Source: Leucoraja erinacea (taxonomy: Eukaryota). From it: DNA of 64,000 bases. The position numbers were made by a program, and so were the translations under genes. The notes under the pieces are model-generated. The model had not been told where the DNA came from. It made no database searches and worked only from the letters and a program-made list of their open reading frames with translations. Shown here one piece after another: positions 37,401 to 50,900 of this stretch. The stretch is taken from contig NC_073396.1 in the NCBI RefSeq assembly GCF_028641065.1, positions 10,602,001 to 10,666,000 on the forward strand. Reading direction: 5' to 3'. How positions within the stretch are numbered: position 1 is the stretch's first letter; every line of letters starts with the position of its first letter.

Positions 37401-40400
37401 TAGCCCTCTAAACCCTTCCTATCCATATCTTCTTCTTGCGTTTGAGGCAGCAGAAGTCTACCTGTCTTTTAAACATTAGCCAAGGTTAATTGGCCACAGC
37501 TAATTTGCCCATAATGTATCTGGGTAATGGGAGAATGAGGTGGATGATGACAGGCAAGTGAAATAAAAAAGTTTTTACGGAAAAAAGTATTGGGAAAAGA
37601 TTTATGGGATCACATTGAATATGGAACAGTGCAACGCAGGCGCAGGCCCTTCGGCCCACAATGTCCATGCTTAAAATAATACGTTAAATTAATCTGTGCC
37701 TGCATGGAATCCATATCCCTACATTCCCTGCATATCCAAGAGTCAAGAGTGTTTTATCATCATATGTCCCAGAGAACAATTATGTTCTTATTTGCAGCAA
37801 CACAACAGAATATGTAAACATAGTAGACTGTAAACAATATAATAAATTAGAAAAAAAGTTCAATGTGTATACATGCACACACAAACATACACATAAAAAA
37901 CTAACAATAACAGTGCAATAATAATAATAGTCCTATGTAGTTCAGAGTTTATTGGAAGCTGTATTGTTTAATAGCCCAATGGCATTAGGTCATCAGGATA
38001 TCCATGGATGTCCATGTGCCCACATGAAAGTCTCTCAAATGCCGTTGCATCTGGCATGTTCCAGGCACCCACCACTCTCTCTGTGTAAAAAAAAACAAAC
38101 TTGCCCTGCAGATCTTCTTTAAACGTTGTCACTTTCACCTTAAAGTTATGCTCACTAGTCTTTGTCAGAGCCTCCATTGTATATCCCTTGAGGGCCACGG
38201 AGGCTTTCCTATGTCTCCAAGATTCAGATGCCCCGTGCGATTCCATCTTTGTATTCAGGCAAGGTTATTACAGATGTGTGGAGAGTCTGAATAATGTTCC
38301 AGCTCCAGCTTGATTACACCAAACAATGCTTGGGAAAATTGCATATGGAAAATATGTTTCAACTGCCATGTGGGCCAGTAATCAAGACATAAATTTAAGA
38401 GTACCTAGCCAAAAATATTGGAGGGGTGGAAATACAGAGATCACATTGTAAAATCTATGCCTGGAAGAGTGATGCAGGGAGATTCAGTTGTAACTCCCAA
38501 TAGGCTTGTGAAAGAGCAAGTTTGTAGGAGTGTGGAGGAAGAGCATGGGAATGGGATTAATGAGGTACCAGTATAAAAGCCGGCACAAGAAAAATGGGCC
38601 ACAAGATAAGAGTGTTTGAAATGCTTGTAGAGACATGACTGTTGTTTACAAACAAACACATTTTATTATTAATATTAAAATGTAGAAGAAAGCAATTTGA
38701 ACATTCCAAATTAACCCAGTCGGCGATAAGGATTTAACTTTAGTTAAAAGCAAAAAATGCCTGTGATGCAAAGATATTTTAAAATGTTTTGTAACCACTG
38801 TTTTCAAAGGGTTGAGATTTGTTTTAAATTTTATAGTTGGACCAAAGATGTTTCAATATGGGATCAAGATCTTTGTGCAGACATTGCAAATATGTTATGT
38901 CCTCTTAAGGATTGATCCACCATCGTACATGCTGTTGCAGGTAGAAGATTTACTCTTTTTGGCTTTCTCTTCTCTGAATTATAATAAATTGATAAGATTA
39001 AATGTTCTGTGGTTTTTTTTTTGACAATTTCAAACAGAATCCTCCAGGCCTCCCTGCTATTGCAGTTGTGTGGGCAGTATGTTTGTTAAGAGGAAGTAAA
39101 TTTATTATTGACTGGCATAATTATGGTTACACTATTATGGGACTGACACATGGAGATCATCACCCGATTGTGCTGATTGCCAAATGGTAAGCATAGAATG
39201 ATTTTCTATATGTAGTTTTGATTTTTTTTAAACGTCTTATTATGGCTGTTCTGTACACCGTTTACTTGAAGAATCAGTAAATGTTATTGTTTTGCACAAA
39301 TACAAAATTAAAGCCCTGTCCCACTGTACGAGTTCATTCAAGAGCTCTCCCGAGTTTAAATAAAAAATCAAACTCGTGGAAGCACGTAGAATGTACGTGG
39401 TGGGTACGTCGGAGCTCGGGGACGTCTCTTAGCAGCTCGTAACGCTAACGGCAGGTACTCGGGAAACGCGGTAAGCTCGGGAAGACTGGTGAAGATTTTT
39501 CAACGTGTTGAAAAATGTCCATGAGAGCCCCGAGTACCTACGAGCGGCCATTACCGTAAATCTCCGAGTTCGAATCGGGGAAACTCGGGAGAACTCTTGA
39601 ATGAACTCGTACAGTGGGACAGGGCTTTTAAACAACTGATGAACTATAACATCAGAACATACAAGTAAGAATAGGCCTCTCACGCCTGCTTCATTCAGTA
39701 ACATCAGGGCTGATCTTTTACCTCAGAAGCAAGGATAACTTGCTTCCACGTTCTTTTGAGGTGTCTATGATTGTAATGTGTAACTTCAGAATCCTCCACA
39801 GATGAGACAAAAGGTGACTGACAAGATAGATAGATAGATGGGTGGATGGTGTGTGCGATGGTGTGCTGGTTACGTTACCTGTGCAGGACTTCTATGTACT
39901 TTAGGGGCATAACCAAGTGAGAAATTCCCTGCAGTTAATGTGAATGTGGTATTTCTTCAAGTCTTGAGCATCTCCTTCCATCTTTTCCTCTGCCTCCCAG
40001 TAGTCCTTTCCAATGGCAGAGTTATAGATAGATTCTGTTTTGGGATCCTGTTATCAGGCACATGGCCAATATGGTCAGCTCAATGGACCCGATGAATGCA
40101 AATAGAACCTGGGAGAAGACACTGATGTTAGTTCATTTTTCTCTCCAGTGAATTTAGAGGATTTTGCAGATCCATGAACGATCAGATTCAGTTTAGTTTA
40201 TTGTCACATGTACCGAGGTACAGTGAAGAGCTTTTGTTGAAGTGCATTGCAGAAAGAGGGCAGAGATTATTGCTGCCCAGTAGACCACAAGTTTAGCTTG
40301 TAGCACGTGGATGTTAGTGTACAGGGAGCACAGAAATGGGTCTCTGAACCGAAACACCTTTCATTCTCTCACTCATCGAAAATATTCTGTGTTCATATTT

Positions 40401-43400
40401 TTTCAACCTCAGTGGATAATATTAAATTTTGCCACATTGTAATCAATTTATGCATTGATTTTGTTTTTAAATAGGTATGAGCATTTTTTTGGAAAGCTGT
40501 CTGATTCAAATCTGTGTGTAACTGAAGCCATGAAAGAAGACTTGAACACAAACTGGAATATTAAGTGAGCATTTATACTTTAACCATTGTAGATGTAAGC
40601 TGAATTGACCAGAATTTCTTAAAAAATCATAATAGCCACACAGCACAGAAACAGGCCTTTAAGCCCCCAATCAAGATGCCCCATCTAAGCTAGTCCCATT
40701 TCCCATGTTTGGCCCATATCCTTCAACCTTTCTGATCCACGTATGTCTTCAGCATTATTCTGTTTTATAAACCCAGTTCATTATGCATTCTTTATTTGGT
40801 TGGCTTCAATTAGTGTCATTATTTATTTCCGCAATGTATAGATCGGATGTCTATTGTGTCATTGTGGGCTGCTTGTATTTTGTGGCTGAGTTTTGAAATT
40901 TGAATGTTTCCGGCTAAAAATTCGTTTTTAGGAAGGTTCCTGGTTACATCAAGTCAGGTGGTGGAGTTAAGTATGAAAAGGCAGAATTCTAAAAATTATA
41001 TATTAGTCAGAAGTTGTCAGTATTCCAACCTAATTACCAAACAAACAGCCAGCTCCGATTCTAATTTTCAATTGATATTTAATTGGACCGAATGCTTCAG
41101 TTGTTCTAGCCATTTCCAAAGTAAAATATAAATAGCTCCTTAATATTAATTTTAGTTCCTAAGGAGTGCTATGAAGAAGCACTTATAATCCTAATGCCAA
41201 CATTAGGTTTTGCCAAGACTGTTTCAAATATGGACCAAATTGCTTAATTCCAGAGGTGAGGTTAAATGATTGCTCTCGACATAAAGGCTGCATTTGACTG
41301 AGTCCGATATCAAGGGGCCTTGGTAAAACTGAATTTAACTGCATCAATGGTTGAAGTCGTACCTCGTACAAAAAAGATAGTTGTGGTCGTCAGAGACCGA
41401 TCATTCTAGTTCCAGGACATCACTAACGCCTTTCTTTAGGGCAGTGACACACGCACAACGTCTTCATCAGTGACCATCCTTTCATTATAAGGTCAGATAT
41501 GGAGCTGTTTGCTGATGATAGCAAAATGTTTAATTCCATTCAAAACTCCTGAGCAGATAAAACAGGTCGTTCGACATTCAGACCTATTCAACATTCAGGT
41601 ATGGGTTAATGAGCTGAAAGTAATATTATGCATGTAACGATGATCATCTCCAACAAGAGAGCATTTAATGACCTTTTGTTAACACAGGAACATGATGGAT
41701 TATTCCACCAGCCTAAATTAATGCAACTTCAACAATATACAGGACATTGAAACTTGTTTGATTGGCACTCGCTAAACATTCATTCTTCCCACCTTTTGCA
41801 CAATGATTGCAGTATTTATCACCTACAAAATGCACTCAGTTACTCACCCAGGTTCCTCTTACAGCATCTCCCAAATCTGCAACCTATATCATCAAGAAGA
41901 ACAATGGCAGCACATGCATGGTAACAAATTACCTGCAAGTTCTCCATCCTGACTTGGAAGTATGTCGCTGGCCCTTCATTGCTCGGTCTAAATTGTGGAA
42001 CTCCCTACGCAAAAGCACCATGGGTACGGTCTCCACCAAAATGACTGCAACAGTTTAATAAGGCAGTGCGCCATTACCTTCTCACGACCATTATGGATGG
42101 GCAATAAATGCTGGCCTCATCAGCACCACCCGGATCTCAAATATGAATAATTAAAAAGAAGAGAAATCATAGTTCAGAGTTTTTAGCAGTATGCTTTTCT
42201 AGACATTCAATGACCATTTTACTTGGGTTAATTTTCTGTAGAACATTGAGTGTGCCTCTCTATTTTTCTTAAAAATGTATGATTTTTTTAACAGGGCAAT
42301 CACGTTATACGATACCCCATCTCCCATTTTCAAAGAAACTCCTCTTGAAGTGCAACATAAGTTGTTTAAGAAGCTTGCTAAGGATTTTGCACCATTTAGA
42401 ACAAGGTATGTTGTATATGTGTGATGAAAACGTTAAACACATTTTGTTTATTAAATACGTGGTAGCAAAGTAATCTTTTTGTATGATATTTTTATTTCAA
42501 AAATAGATGTAGAAAATAAACTTATTATATGACTATCAACTTCCAAAACCTATTTGGGCAAGTAGGTCTATTTAATGACACAATTTTACAGTTTCAGACA
42601 CTGGATAACAATGTATATGTGGTGTTAAATTAGGATTGAATCTGTGCCTTCCAATTTGGAACAGACAGCCTTTACAGAACTGAATGTTAATACTGGAGAT
42701 GTCTCATATGTCCAAGGAAGACCAGCATTGCTGATGAGTAGTACTAGCTGGACAGGTACGATTTTTCTTTAAAAAAATAACCAGTCCGATTGTGCTGTTT
42801 GGTGTGCATACTACTAATTGGATCATTATATGTCAAGTGAAAATGGTACAGGATGGAATGATGAGAGGGATACCAATGGATATAATCTTAGAAGGACTAG
42901 AAAGATGGAAGAATAGAAAATAGAGATGAAATATGGCATATGGGGAGAAGACAGGAAGAGGGCTTGGTTTAGTGCTGTTGGAACATAGCAAAATCTATAA
43001 GCGAGTTCGGTATTCTGAAAAATGTAAGGAATCATGGGATTTGTCAAAGGTCGGGGGGGGGGGGGAGAGAGGTGGGTGGAGGAGGAAGAGGCGGGTGGAA
43101 GAGGAAGACTGGACCAAAACCTGAGCCCAATTAACCGGTCTTGGTTCTTCGCCCCCCCCCCCCCCCCCCAATCGAGTGTCCCATCCCGGCCAGGGGACGT
43201 CCGGACCGACGGGACACCGACCCCCAGGCCCACAGCCAGCGCCAACTTCAGCCCAACCCCGCTCTGACTGCAGAGGAACCCGCTCCCCAATCGGCTGCTA
43301 CAGCGACAAGTGCCAGTTCGCCCCTGCCCTCCCTCAGTTGCCACCCCAAGTACAAGACGTACTTTCCACACCACCGGCTTCTGCACCTACAGTACCCGCT

Positions 43401-46400
43401 GTGACTTCATTCACAACCCCAAGGAGGAGCTTGAGCTCAGCCTCCTCTGGCCCTGCGCAAGACTGTGCCGCGCTGCGGGCGGCCTTCAGCCCCGACCTGG
43501 AGTTGGAGCTGGCCCAGTCTTGGGGCTGGGCAAGGGAGAGGGAGGAGGTTGTTGCTGCCGCCAGCACCAACAACAGCAGCTCCAGCGGGCGCCCTGCAAC
43601 TCAAGAGCACCCTCAGCGACGCGCCAATCCCGACCCCGGAAGAAACGCAAGCCTGCACACAATGTAGCACCACCGTTGCTGAGACTTTATTGCTTGTGAC
43701 CTATGACCTGGGCATGCGCCGTCAAAATACCGAACTTGCTTATTTGCATCACCTATTTTAATATTTATCCATATTAACTTAAGATGTGCTAAAGCTTGAC
43801 TTATGGGTCCGATAGATTCCTATTTGGCCCAAGAAGAAAGCTCCTTGGCTTCACCATAATGGATTATCCTTCTTTGATTTGCAGAGGATGAAGACTTCTC
43901 CATTCTATTAAAAGCTTTAGACGGTAGGTTTCTGATTATTTTTCTTTCTGTTTAAATATGAACATTATTTTTAAAGGATTTTATATGTACAAGTATTAAA
44001 TGAAAAATGATGGAAGGATTGCACATTTTTGTATTACTCTAATTTAAGCATCTTTTTCTGTTTTCCTTTCAGAGTATGATGGACTGATAACCGCTGGTAT
44101 GAAATTGCCATCCCTGGTTTGTGCTATTACAGGTATATTTCGGAACAGCATCCTTTCTTCCTCATTCCTCTCGGAAAACTGTTAATTACTGATTTTCTTC
44201 ACTGCCCCAAACCGTACCTTCTTTCTCACTCCACCTTCTCCCATCTATCCTCTTCCTTTTCCCCACTGGCCTGGACTTGCAGTGGAGAAGTCACGCACCT
44301 TCAGCAACCAACTCCAATGTAAAAATGTTTACGTTTATTTTGTTTTTCAGGAAAAGGTCCACTAAAGGAATTCTATAAGCGTGTCATTGAAAAAATGCAC
44401 TTTAAGCATGTTGATATTTGCACTCCATGGCTGGAAGCAGAGGACTACCCAGTGCTGCTAGGTACAATCGCTTTTAATATGCAAGTGTTCTATTAGGAAT
44501 ATTTTTTATATTTTTTAGCGTTACTTCACTATCAGACCTGATTGAGGATGATAGCATGAGAGATCTTCCAATATGTCATAATAGTTTATGTATTTTGTCA
44601 TATTTCAGGGAACATAGCTGAGCGTATTGAATATTAATATTTAGTAGTAAGTTTATAAAGATGAAGAACTTTGTATCCATAGAAATATTGGTAACTTGTG
44701 ATCATTCAGTGATTTAGATTCCTGAAGATGTTGAAGGAAAATATTTTTTTAGAATATTTAATGCTGAAATAGAAGTTCCATAATGCAATGGAAGTAAACA
44801 TTTATTTTAATGCAATTTTCCATATCTTAAAGATTGTAATCATTTTATAGGATCCGGTGATTTAGGAGTTTGTCTACATAAATCAAGCAGTGGGCTAGAT
44901 TTGCCAATGAAGGTAGTAGACATGTTTGGCTGTCGTTTGCCTGTGTGCGCTCTTGATTTCCAGTGGTATGTATAAATGAAATAATACATTTATCATTCTT
45001 CCGTTCACCTCAACAACTTTTATTTCAAGCATGCAGAGCTGGCCGCAGTTCATCTATGACTGTTGTGTGACAGTTCAATACAAACTTTCTTCACAGTATT
45101 CGACTTTATATCACATTCCCAAGAGCACCAAACTGCATCTTTGGAACAAGCATATTCTCACACATCTTTTATTCAGAATGGGTTCACCCATTCCTTCTTT
45201 CCAGGTGCTGCCTGTCACACTGAGTTACAACAGCATTTTCTGTCTATTTTCAGTATTTGTATGCTTCTTTCAACTTCTGCCTCCTAGCAGCCCTCTTATC
45301 ACTAATCTCTTCATTCTGTGGTAATTGAGATAAATTGTAAAGTTCCTCCCTTTATTTTACAGTCTACCAGAACTTGTGAAACACGAAGAAAATGGTCTAA
45401 TATTTAAAAATGCTCATGAACTAACTGAGCAACTAAAGGTAAAGTCTTCAGTATTTGTAATGAAAGAAAGTAGATTTTCAATGTTAAAGATTTTGACTTT
45501 TTATTCTACCACCTGTGCTGGCAACACTTTAAAACGTTGGGTTCTGCAATGTCCCATGAATAATTAGGTACAAGAGTTTGGTTAGTAACATTTAACATTT
45601 TATTCAGGTTAAAGATGTTATGCCTTTCTTACATTGATGCAGCAAACATCAAAATTAATATTCCAAATAACAATAACATACAGATTTGATATCTTAATTT
45701 ACTTGCACAATCTTCTATTACAATCTCACATATAATTGTCTATAAACCTGCCCTAAACTAAATTTGTCCAGCCTTGCAGTACGCATAGACGTTGCCTCTT
45801 AAAGATTGGCTACCAGTGTGGTAATTACTAAAACATTCTATGAATTTGACTGATGTAAAATTATGTATGTTAATCCATGCCATGGATGTATTTTCTCCAG
45901 GAGAATTTTTTATTATATACATATATATGTATGCTTATCCCACATTGTTACATTTTGTCTTTTATTGCAATAATTAAGTTCAAGTTTAAGTTCAGTACCC
46001 TTTTTAATCCAATGTTCTTCTGAAGAAGGATCTCGACCCAAAACGTCACCCATTTCTTCTCTCCAGAGGTGCTGCCTGTCCTGCTGAGTTACTCCAGTAT
46101 TTTGTGTCTACCTCCTTTATATATATAGCAGCTCAATGGAATACACAAAAATGGTTAAAAAGGTTAAGATTATTTTTGGTACAGAAGATTAGAAGGTGGT
46201 CCAGTGAAGATCGATAGGTCAAAATTGGTTTATTTTTGGGTGAATTAATGTGCTAAAAAAGCAAGAAGTATTTGCAGGGAGTAAAGGAAGAGTGTTAGAA
46301 ATTAGAGAATTATTAGGTAAGGTACAAATCTCAGAACAAATGTTTAAGAAACTTACCATTCATGGTGTAGTGAGAAATTTATGTTGAGCTTGGATGTCAG

Positions 46401-47431
46401 TGTTAACAAGTATTGCGAGGGAGTAGGACGTTGTAAAACTGAAAATTCGGTGTGTGATGATGGATGCAAGGAAGGAATCTGCAGGTGTTCCACAAGAATA
46501 AAACGGTGATATATTCAACGAACCGCCATCAATAAATGTATGGAAAGAGAGGGCAGTGAAGTCACTGAAGAGGGAGCAATGGGAACTGAGGTGATGACTA
46601 AAATCAAGAATGTTACATTCATAGAATGAAGATCAACTGACAAGGCCAGTATTTATTGCCCTTCCCTAATTGCCACTTGCAAAGTGGTAATGATAATCTA
46701 CCATACTGTTAGGTGGGAGAAAATAAATCATTTGGTCCTGCTACTATTTCCAAGTCAAGATATACATGACTTGTTTATTAGCCACCCATGTCTCTCTGGG
46801 TGGTGTGGTGTGCATTTACTGGAGACTGTAAATGCCTAAAATGTTGCATCTTGCTGCCAGTCAGGCTGCTTTGCCCTAAAAAGAGTGAATCTACATTTGG
46901 TCGCAAAATGACATGCCCAAGCAATTCATCATGTCCCTTGTATCAACATACAAGCACAGACTACTGTGGCTGCTATGTGTGGTTTTATTGTTATTTGTGA
47001 AAGTACTGGGCTGCGACAGTCGTAAGAGAAGAGACTGTAAGCTGAATTAAAAACAACGGGTATTACCTAAGGTTGGTATCATAGTAAAAGGCTTATTAAT
47101 ATCAGTTGAAATTCTTTAGGTAGGCTTTTATTGATAGCAAAAAGAGTGTTTTTATATAAATGCAAAATAGCCCCTATATTTTTAAATTTGGCAAGGACAC
47201 ATTTAACCTTTTTGATTTTGATTTAAAATTTGACCTATATGCGCAATTCTATCTAAACCTTTTCTATCTTTAGCTAATGACGTATGTTATTTTCAGCTTC
47301 TCTTTACAGACTTCCACAATGAAAGAAACAAACTTGGTATATTTAAAAGAAACCTGAAAGAATCCAAGATGGTTCAGTGGGATGAAAATTGGGATGATAC
47401 AGTACTTCCTCTGCTGCCAGCAAGTGACTGA
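34157..47431 (+). CDS. ALG1: Chitobiosyldiphosphodolichol beta-mannosyltransferase, 13 exons, 486 aa
   Basis: Exons 34157-34424, 36324-36404, 38837-38940, 39038-39186, 40475-40564, 42295-42405, 42634-42755, 43885-43923, 44073-44132, 44351-44461, 44851-44965, 45363-45438, 47297-47431; GT-AG, 1461 nt in frame. Motifs [70 protein letters not shown]. Confidence 0.97.
34639..34841. mobile_element. Penelope-type foldback element (72-bp inverted arms) with 14-bp TSD
   Basis: Arms 34640-34711 and 34735-34806; TSD TACCTTATCTGGAA at 34625-34638 and 34842-34855. Confidence 0.75.
36324..36404 (+). CDS. ALG1: ALG1 exon 2
   Basis: [21 protein letters not shown]. Confidence 0.93.
38837..38940 (+). CDS. 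ALG1: ALG1 exon 3
   Basis: [14 protein letters not shown]...YMLLQ. Confidence 0.95.
39038..39186 (+). CDS. ALG1: ALG1 exon 4
   Basis: [10 protein letters not shown]...[13 protein letters not shown]. Confidence 0.97.
39311..39627. mobile_element. PIF/Harbinger-type MITE
   Basis: Long TIRs AAGCCCTGTCCCACTGTACGAGTTCATTCAAGAG...; TTA direct repeat on both sides. Confidence 0.85.
40475..40564 (+). CDS. ALG1: ALG1 exon 5
   Basis: [23 protein letters not shown]. Confidence 0.95.
42295..42405 (+). CDS. ALG1: ALG1 exon 6
   Basis: [24 protein letters not shown]. Confidence 0.95.
42634..42755 (+). CDS. ALG1: ALG1 exon 7
   Basis: TAFTE...[12 protein letters not shown]. Confidence 0.95.
43000..43740. 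mobile_element. Unclassified TIR element (TA-flanked) carrying a captured gene fragment
   Basis: TA|AGCGAGTTCGGTATTCTGA ... TCAAAATACCGAACTTGCT|TA, 17/19 inverted match; GC-rich interior. Confidence 0.72.
43293..43430 (+). pseudogene. Decayed ZFP36/TIS11-family tandem CCCH zinc-finger fragment
   Basis: Across three frames: [10 protein letters not shown] / HPKYKT / [23 protein letters not shown], versus recalled ZFP36L1 [45 protein letters not shown]. Confidence 0.82.
43885..43923 (+). CDS. ALG1: ALG1 exon 8
   Basis: [13 protein letters not shown]. Confidence 0.95.
44073..44132 (+). CDS. ALG1: ALG1 exon 9
   Basis: [19 protein letters not shown]. Confidence 0.95.
44351..44461 (+). CDS. ALG1: ALG1 exon 10
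   Basis: GKGPLKEFY...[14 protein letters not shown]. Confidence 0.97.
44851..44965 (+). CDS. ALG1: ALG1 exon 11
   Basis: [25 protein letters not shown]. Confidence 0.97.
45363..45438 (+). CDS. ALG1: ALG1 exon 12
   Basis: [14 protein letters not shown]. Confidence 0.95.
47297..47431 (+). CDS. ALG1: ALG1 exon 13 (terminal)
   Basis: LLFTDF...[17 protein letters not shown]. Confidence 0.95.
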   Translation, partial: LLFTDFHNERNKLGIFKRNLKESKMVQWDENWDDTVLPLLPASD

Positions 47432-47821
47432 AATCTGTGATCACTACTGAAATTAATGATTAGGTTTGGCCATCTTGATAGTTTATTTCTGGCAGATCAT
47501 AGAATACCATGGAAAAGAGTCCAGTGTGAAGATGATGCTGGAACATTTGATTTTTTTCCAATGAACATTGAATTTCTGGATTATCAATTTTAAATGACCA
47601 CATTTTCAAAAAAAATGGCAGCTTGAAAATCTTGTTGTTTTGAAAGACATAGTACTTTTCAAATGGGCTGTCAAGCTACATTAAGTTAAAATTATTGTTT
47701 GTCTGACATTTCAAAAGCTACTAAGAAAAAAGTATCCACGCTCTTGCTGTTTTTCACAATGTGTGGGTCAAGATTCTTCGAACGGGAAACAATTTTATTT
47801 TGCATTCCAGCATTTTGGACA

Positions 47822-47928
47822 TCAAGTTCCATAGCATAATTTAAGCAACTCTATTTTCGTGCACTTGTTGTATGGAAACACCTCAGTGGAAGGTCCTTTC
47901 ATCTTGTGGTGTTCAATTCCAACTTTAT
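47822..47928 (-). CDS. EEF2KMT: EEF2KMT exon 8 (terminal)
   Basis: DKVGIEHH..VFPYNKCTKIELLKLCYGT*. Confidence 0.85.
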
Positions 47929-50900
47929 CTGTTTTAAAAAGAACATGTGTCACACATCTTAAAATTAATTAAATCAAGAAAGGTGACGGTTGTGGGGGGA
48001 GGTGGTTAAATTTGAATATAAAGAACAATTCTAGCTTGTGAAGCCTGTGATTAATGGTATAATTTCCTTGGTGAGATGAAGGGGATTGTAGAGGTAAACA
48101 TAATGAGGAAAACATTTTCTGGTCAGTGAGTTGGTTTGCCGGTGAGAGAGATGGGCAATAATGATGAAATTTAAATACAATGACGAGAACTCTTAATGGC
48201 AGGAGATTGGCAGTTATTTTTGGAGAAATATTAAGTTTGTACAGGTAAAAGAACAGTAGATCTGTCAAGAGACTATGGCTCGGCTTTGAAAGGCAAAATT
48301 ACATTCAAAGATTTAAATAGTGGTCGAAAATAGTGTGACAATAAATCAGATTTTTTTAAGGGCATTGAAAAGGGAACAATTTGCAGGGATTGGAAGGAAG
48401 GGTGACTGATGAGAAATTTAATGGTACTGAAGTAGAGGGCAACTAATAGGAATATAAATGATATGGTTTTGGATGCAGAACATTTGGATGCTCTGTTCAT
48501 TTTGACAAAATAATAAAATAGCTTGATTTGTATTTTGTTTCATAATTGTTGTTCTGGCCAAATCACTAAAGATTGTGATTTTGGGAAGCAAATGAGGGCA
48601 CATAAAATGCAACCCCAAGCCTGTATCAGATGGGTCTCTGATGGAAATGGTTATTGGAAGAATCTGAACAATTGCCACTTGAGTAATTACCAGCCACATA
48701 CCAAGCTCCATTTTGAATTGGTGATACGTCTCCGGATTACGTATGGTAGATCCCAAATATACAACAGAACTTGTTTTCCTCGTTCCATCAGTTGTAGCAA
48801 CAAGTAGTTTCTTCAATACAGAAACCAAGCAGATGACCACCTCAGGATCATAAATTATATCTTTTTTAAGAGAATAAAATAGGTTAACATACACTTTAAA
48901 TTGCAGTCTATTAATAATAGTGAAAGAGTGGGGGTAAATTAGGATTTCTACATTTCCAATGTAGTGTGTCTTATATTACACAGTGTCCTTTATTACCTAT
49001 ATGCTTACTATTTTTTGTATCATAAATGAGCAAAGTGGTTTCTCTAATTTTGAAAGAATAGCCACATTATAAATATTATAGTTTTTGGCAAAGATGACAT
49101 TAAACCCGAATTCACTACATGGCACAATCAATCACATGCTACATGATCGATGCTCTAATTTTATCAGACTGAATCCTTGGCATGGAAGGCTAATGAAACC
49201 ATGATAAAAATTACAGGAGAACATTCAGAATATTAAAACGGTAGGCCACTTAGCTCTTCTAAATTTGATCTACTATTTAATAAAATCATGGCTGCTCTCA
49301 CGTAACTGTCCTTACTAAAAGGGCTTGTATTTGCATAGTTCACTTCAGTCTCTCAGGTCATCCCAGAACATAACTACAAATAAGGGATATTTGAGCATAG
49401 ACATGACTGCAATCTAAGATGCATAGCTGCAACACAAATTAAAGGATAATTTGTGATAAACATTGGCAAAGACATCACCTCTTTGTGTCCATGGTAGTGC
49501 TTTGGGTTCTTTTACATACATCGTAGGAAGGCAAATGCAACTTTGGTTTAACCTAACATCCAAAAGACAACATTACTGCTTCAATACAGTTCTGAAGCCT
49601 TGGTCTAGATTTCACATTCCTGCCTCTGCAGCTTTCTGGCTCAATAGATGGACTGCTTCCAATTTAGGCATGACCATCATTTCATTTGTGAGATGTGGCT
49701 GGAATCACCCACCTTGCTCAACGTTTGGTCTAACCATGGCTTTTTTTGTTTTCATTTTTATCCCTTTTGTATTCAACTACTCTAGATTATGAAGGCCAAC
49801 ATTACAACATAAGACATGCAGAACAAGTTTTGTTTCAATCCGACTGATATCACCTCGTTCCCCTCAGAAGTCTAAAGAAGGGTCCCAACCTGAAACGTCA
49901 CCTATCCTTTTTCTCCAGAGATGCCGCCTGACCCGCTGAGTTACTCCAGCTCTTCATAATGTATTGCCATAGCTTCCTGCTCTTATCCTGATTTAGAAAC
50001 TTGTATCAACTTTGCTGCCAAATTTACAACCTATCATTTTTAAGGTTATCCATCTTAGATTCATCCCTTAATTTACTAGAGATAGGGTAGAATTCTTGTA
50101 AACACTGTCCTCTGTGTTACACCATTACCTTGATTACATTTCCTCTAACCCTATTGCCTGCAAGGAGCAGTTTCCATTCTCCCATTTTGTCCATCTGTCA
50201 CTTCTTTACAGACAAGACAATTTTTAATTCCTGTACTTCCAATATTACTCAATTGTGGCTTCTCTGCCACACATGACTGGGGCCTCAATTCTATCTGTTC
50301 CGTTTCCTAGACCTGCCCTTACCCTTTATTTTCCTGTTAGAAAAAGGATTGGTTTCCACGTCTATTTGGGGTCTGTCATCTATGTTTTGAATAGCGTCAA
50401 GAAGCTGTGGAAATTATATGCAATTTTGAGCACCATAAAATATATAAAACCAAACTTTCATAATTGAAAGGAAATGGTTAGTTAGATTAGAACTCACTCT
50501 CATGTCCTCTGGCTTTAGATAATATTTTTTTTCTCTTTTTGTTCTTGTAATTAGCTCAGGATAGTCTGAATCTTATTCAGAATAAGTACATACAATACTT
50601 AGGCACAATGAAGAAAATTACTAACCTGTAAAAAAATTACCTACCTGTTGCCATAATAATATCCGATTGAATCTCTGAAATCAGTTCTTGTGTAATTTCT
50701 CCCCAGTCCAATCGGAAAATGGTAACTTTCGAACTCTGGATTTCTTCAGATCCACTGTTACTTTTGGTCTCTATTTCACATTCTTTTGAGTTCCAGGTGT
50801 CAGAATCTATTAGCAGATTATTTCTAATAATATTCTTCCGGAGTTGCTTAAGTACATTAGGATGACAGTCACTGAATATGTAGCGTTTCGGGTTGCAAGT

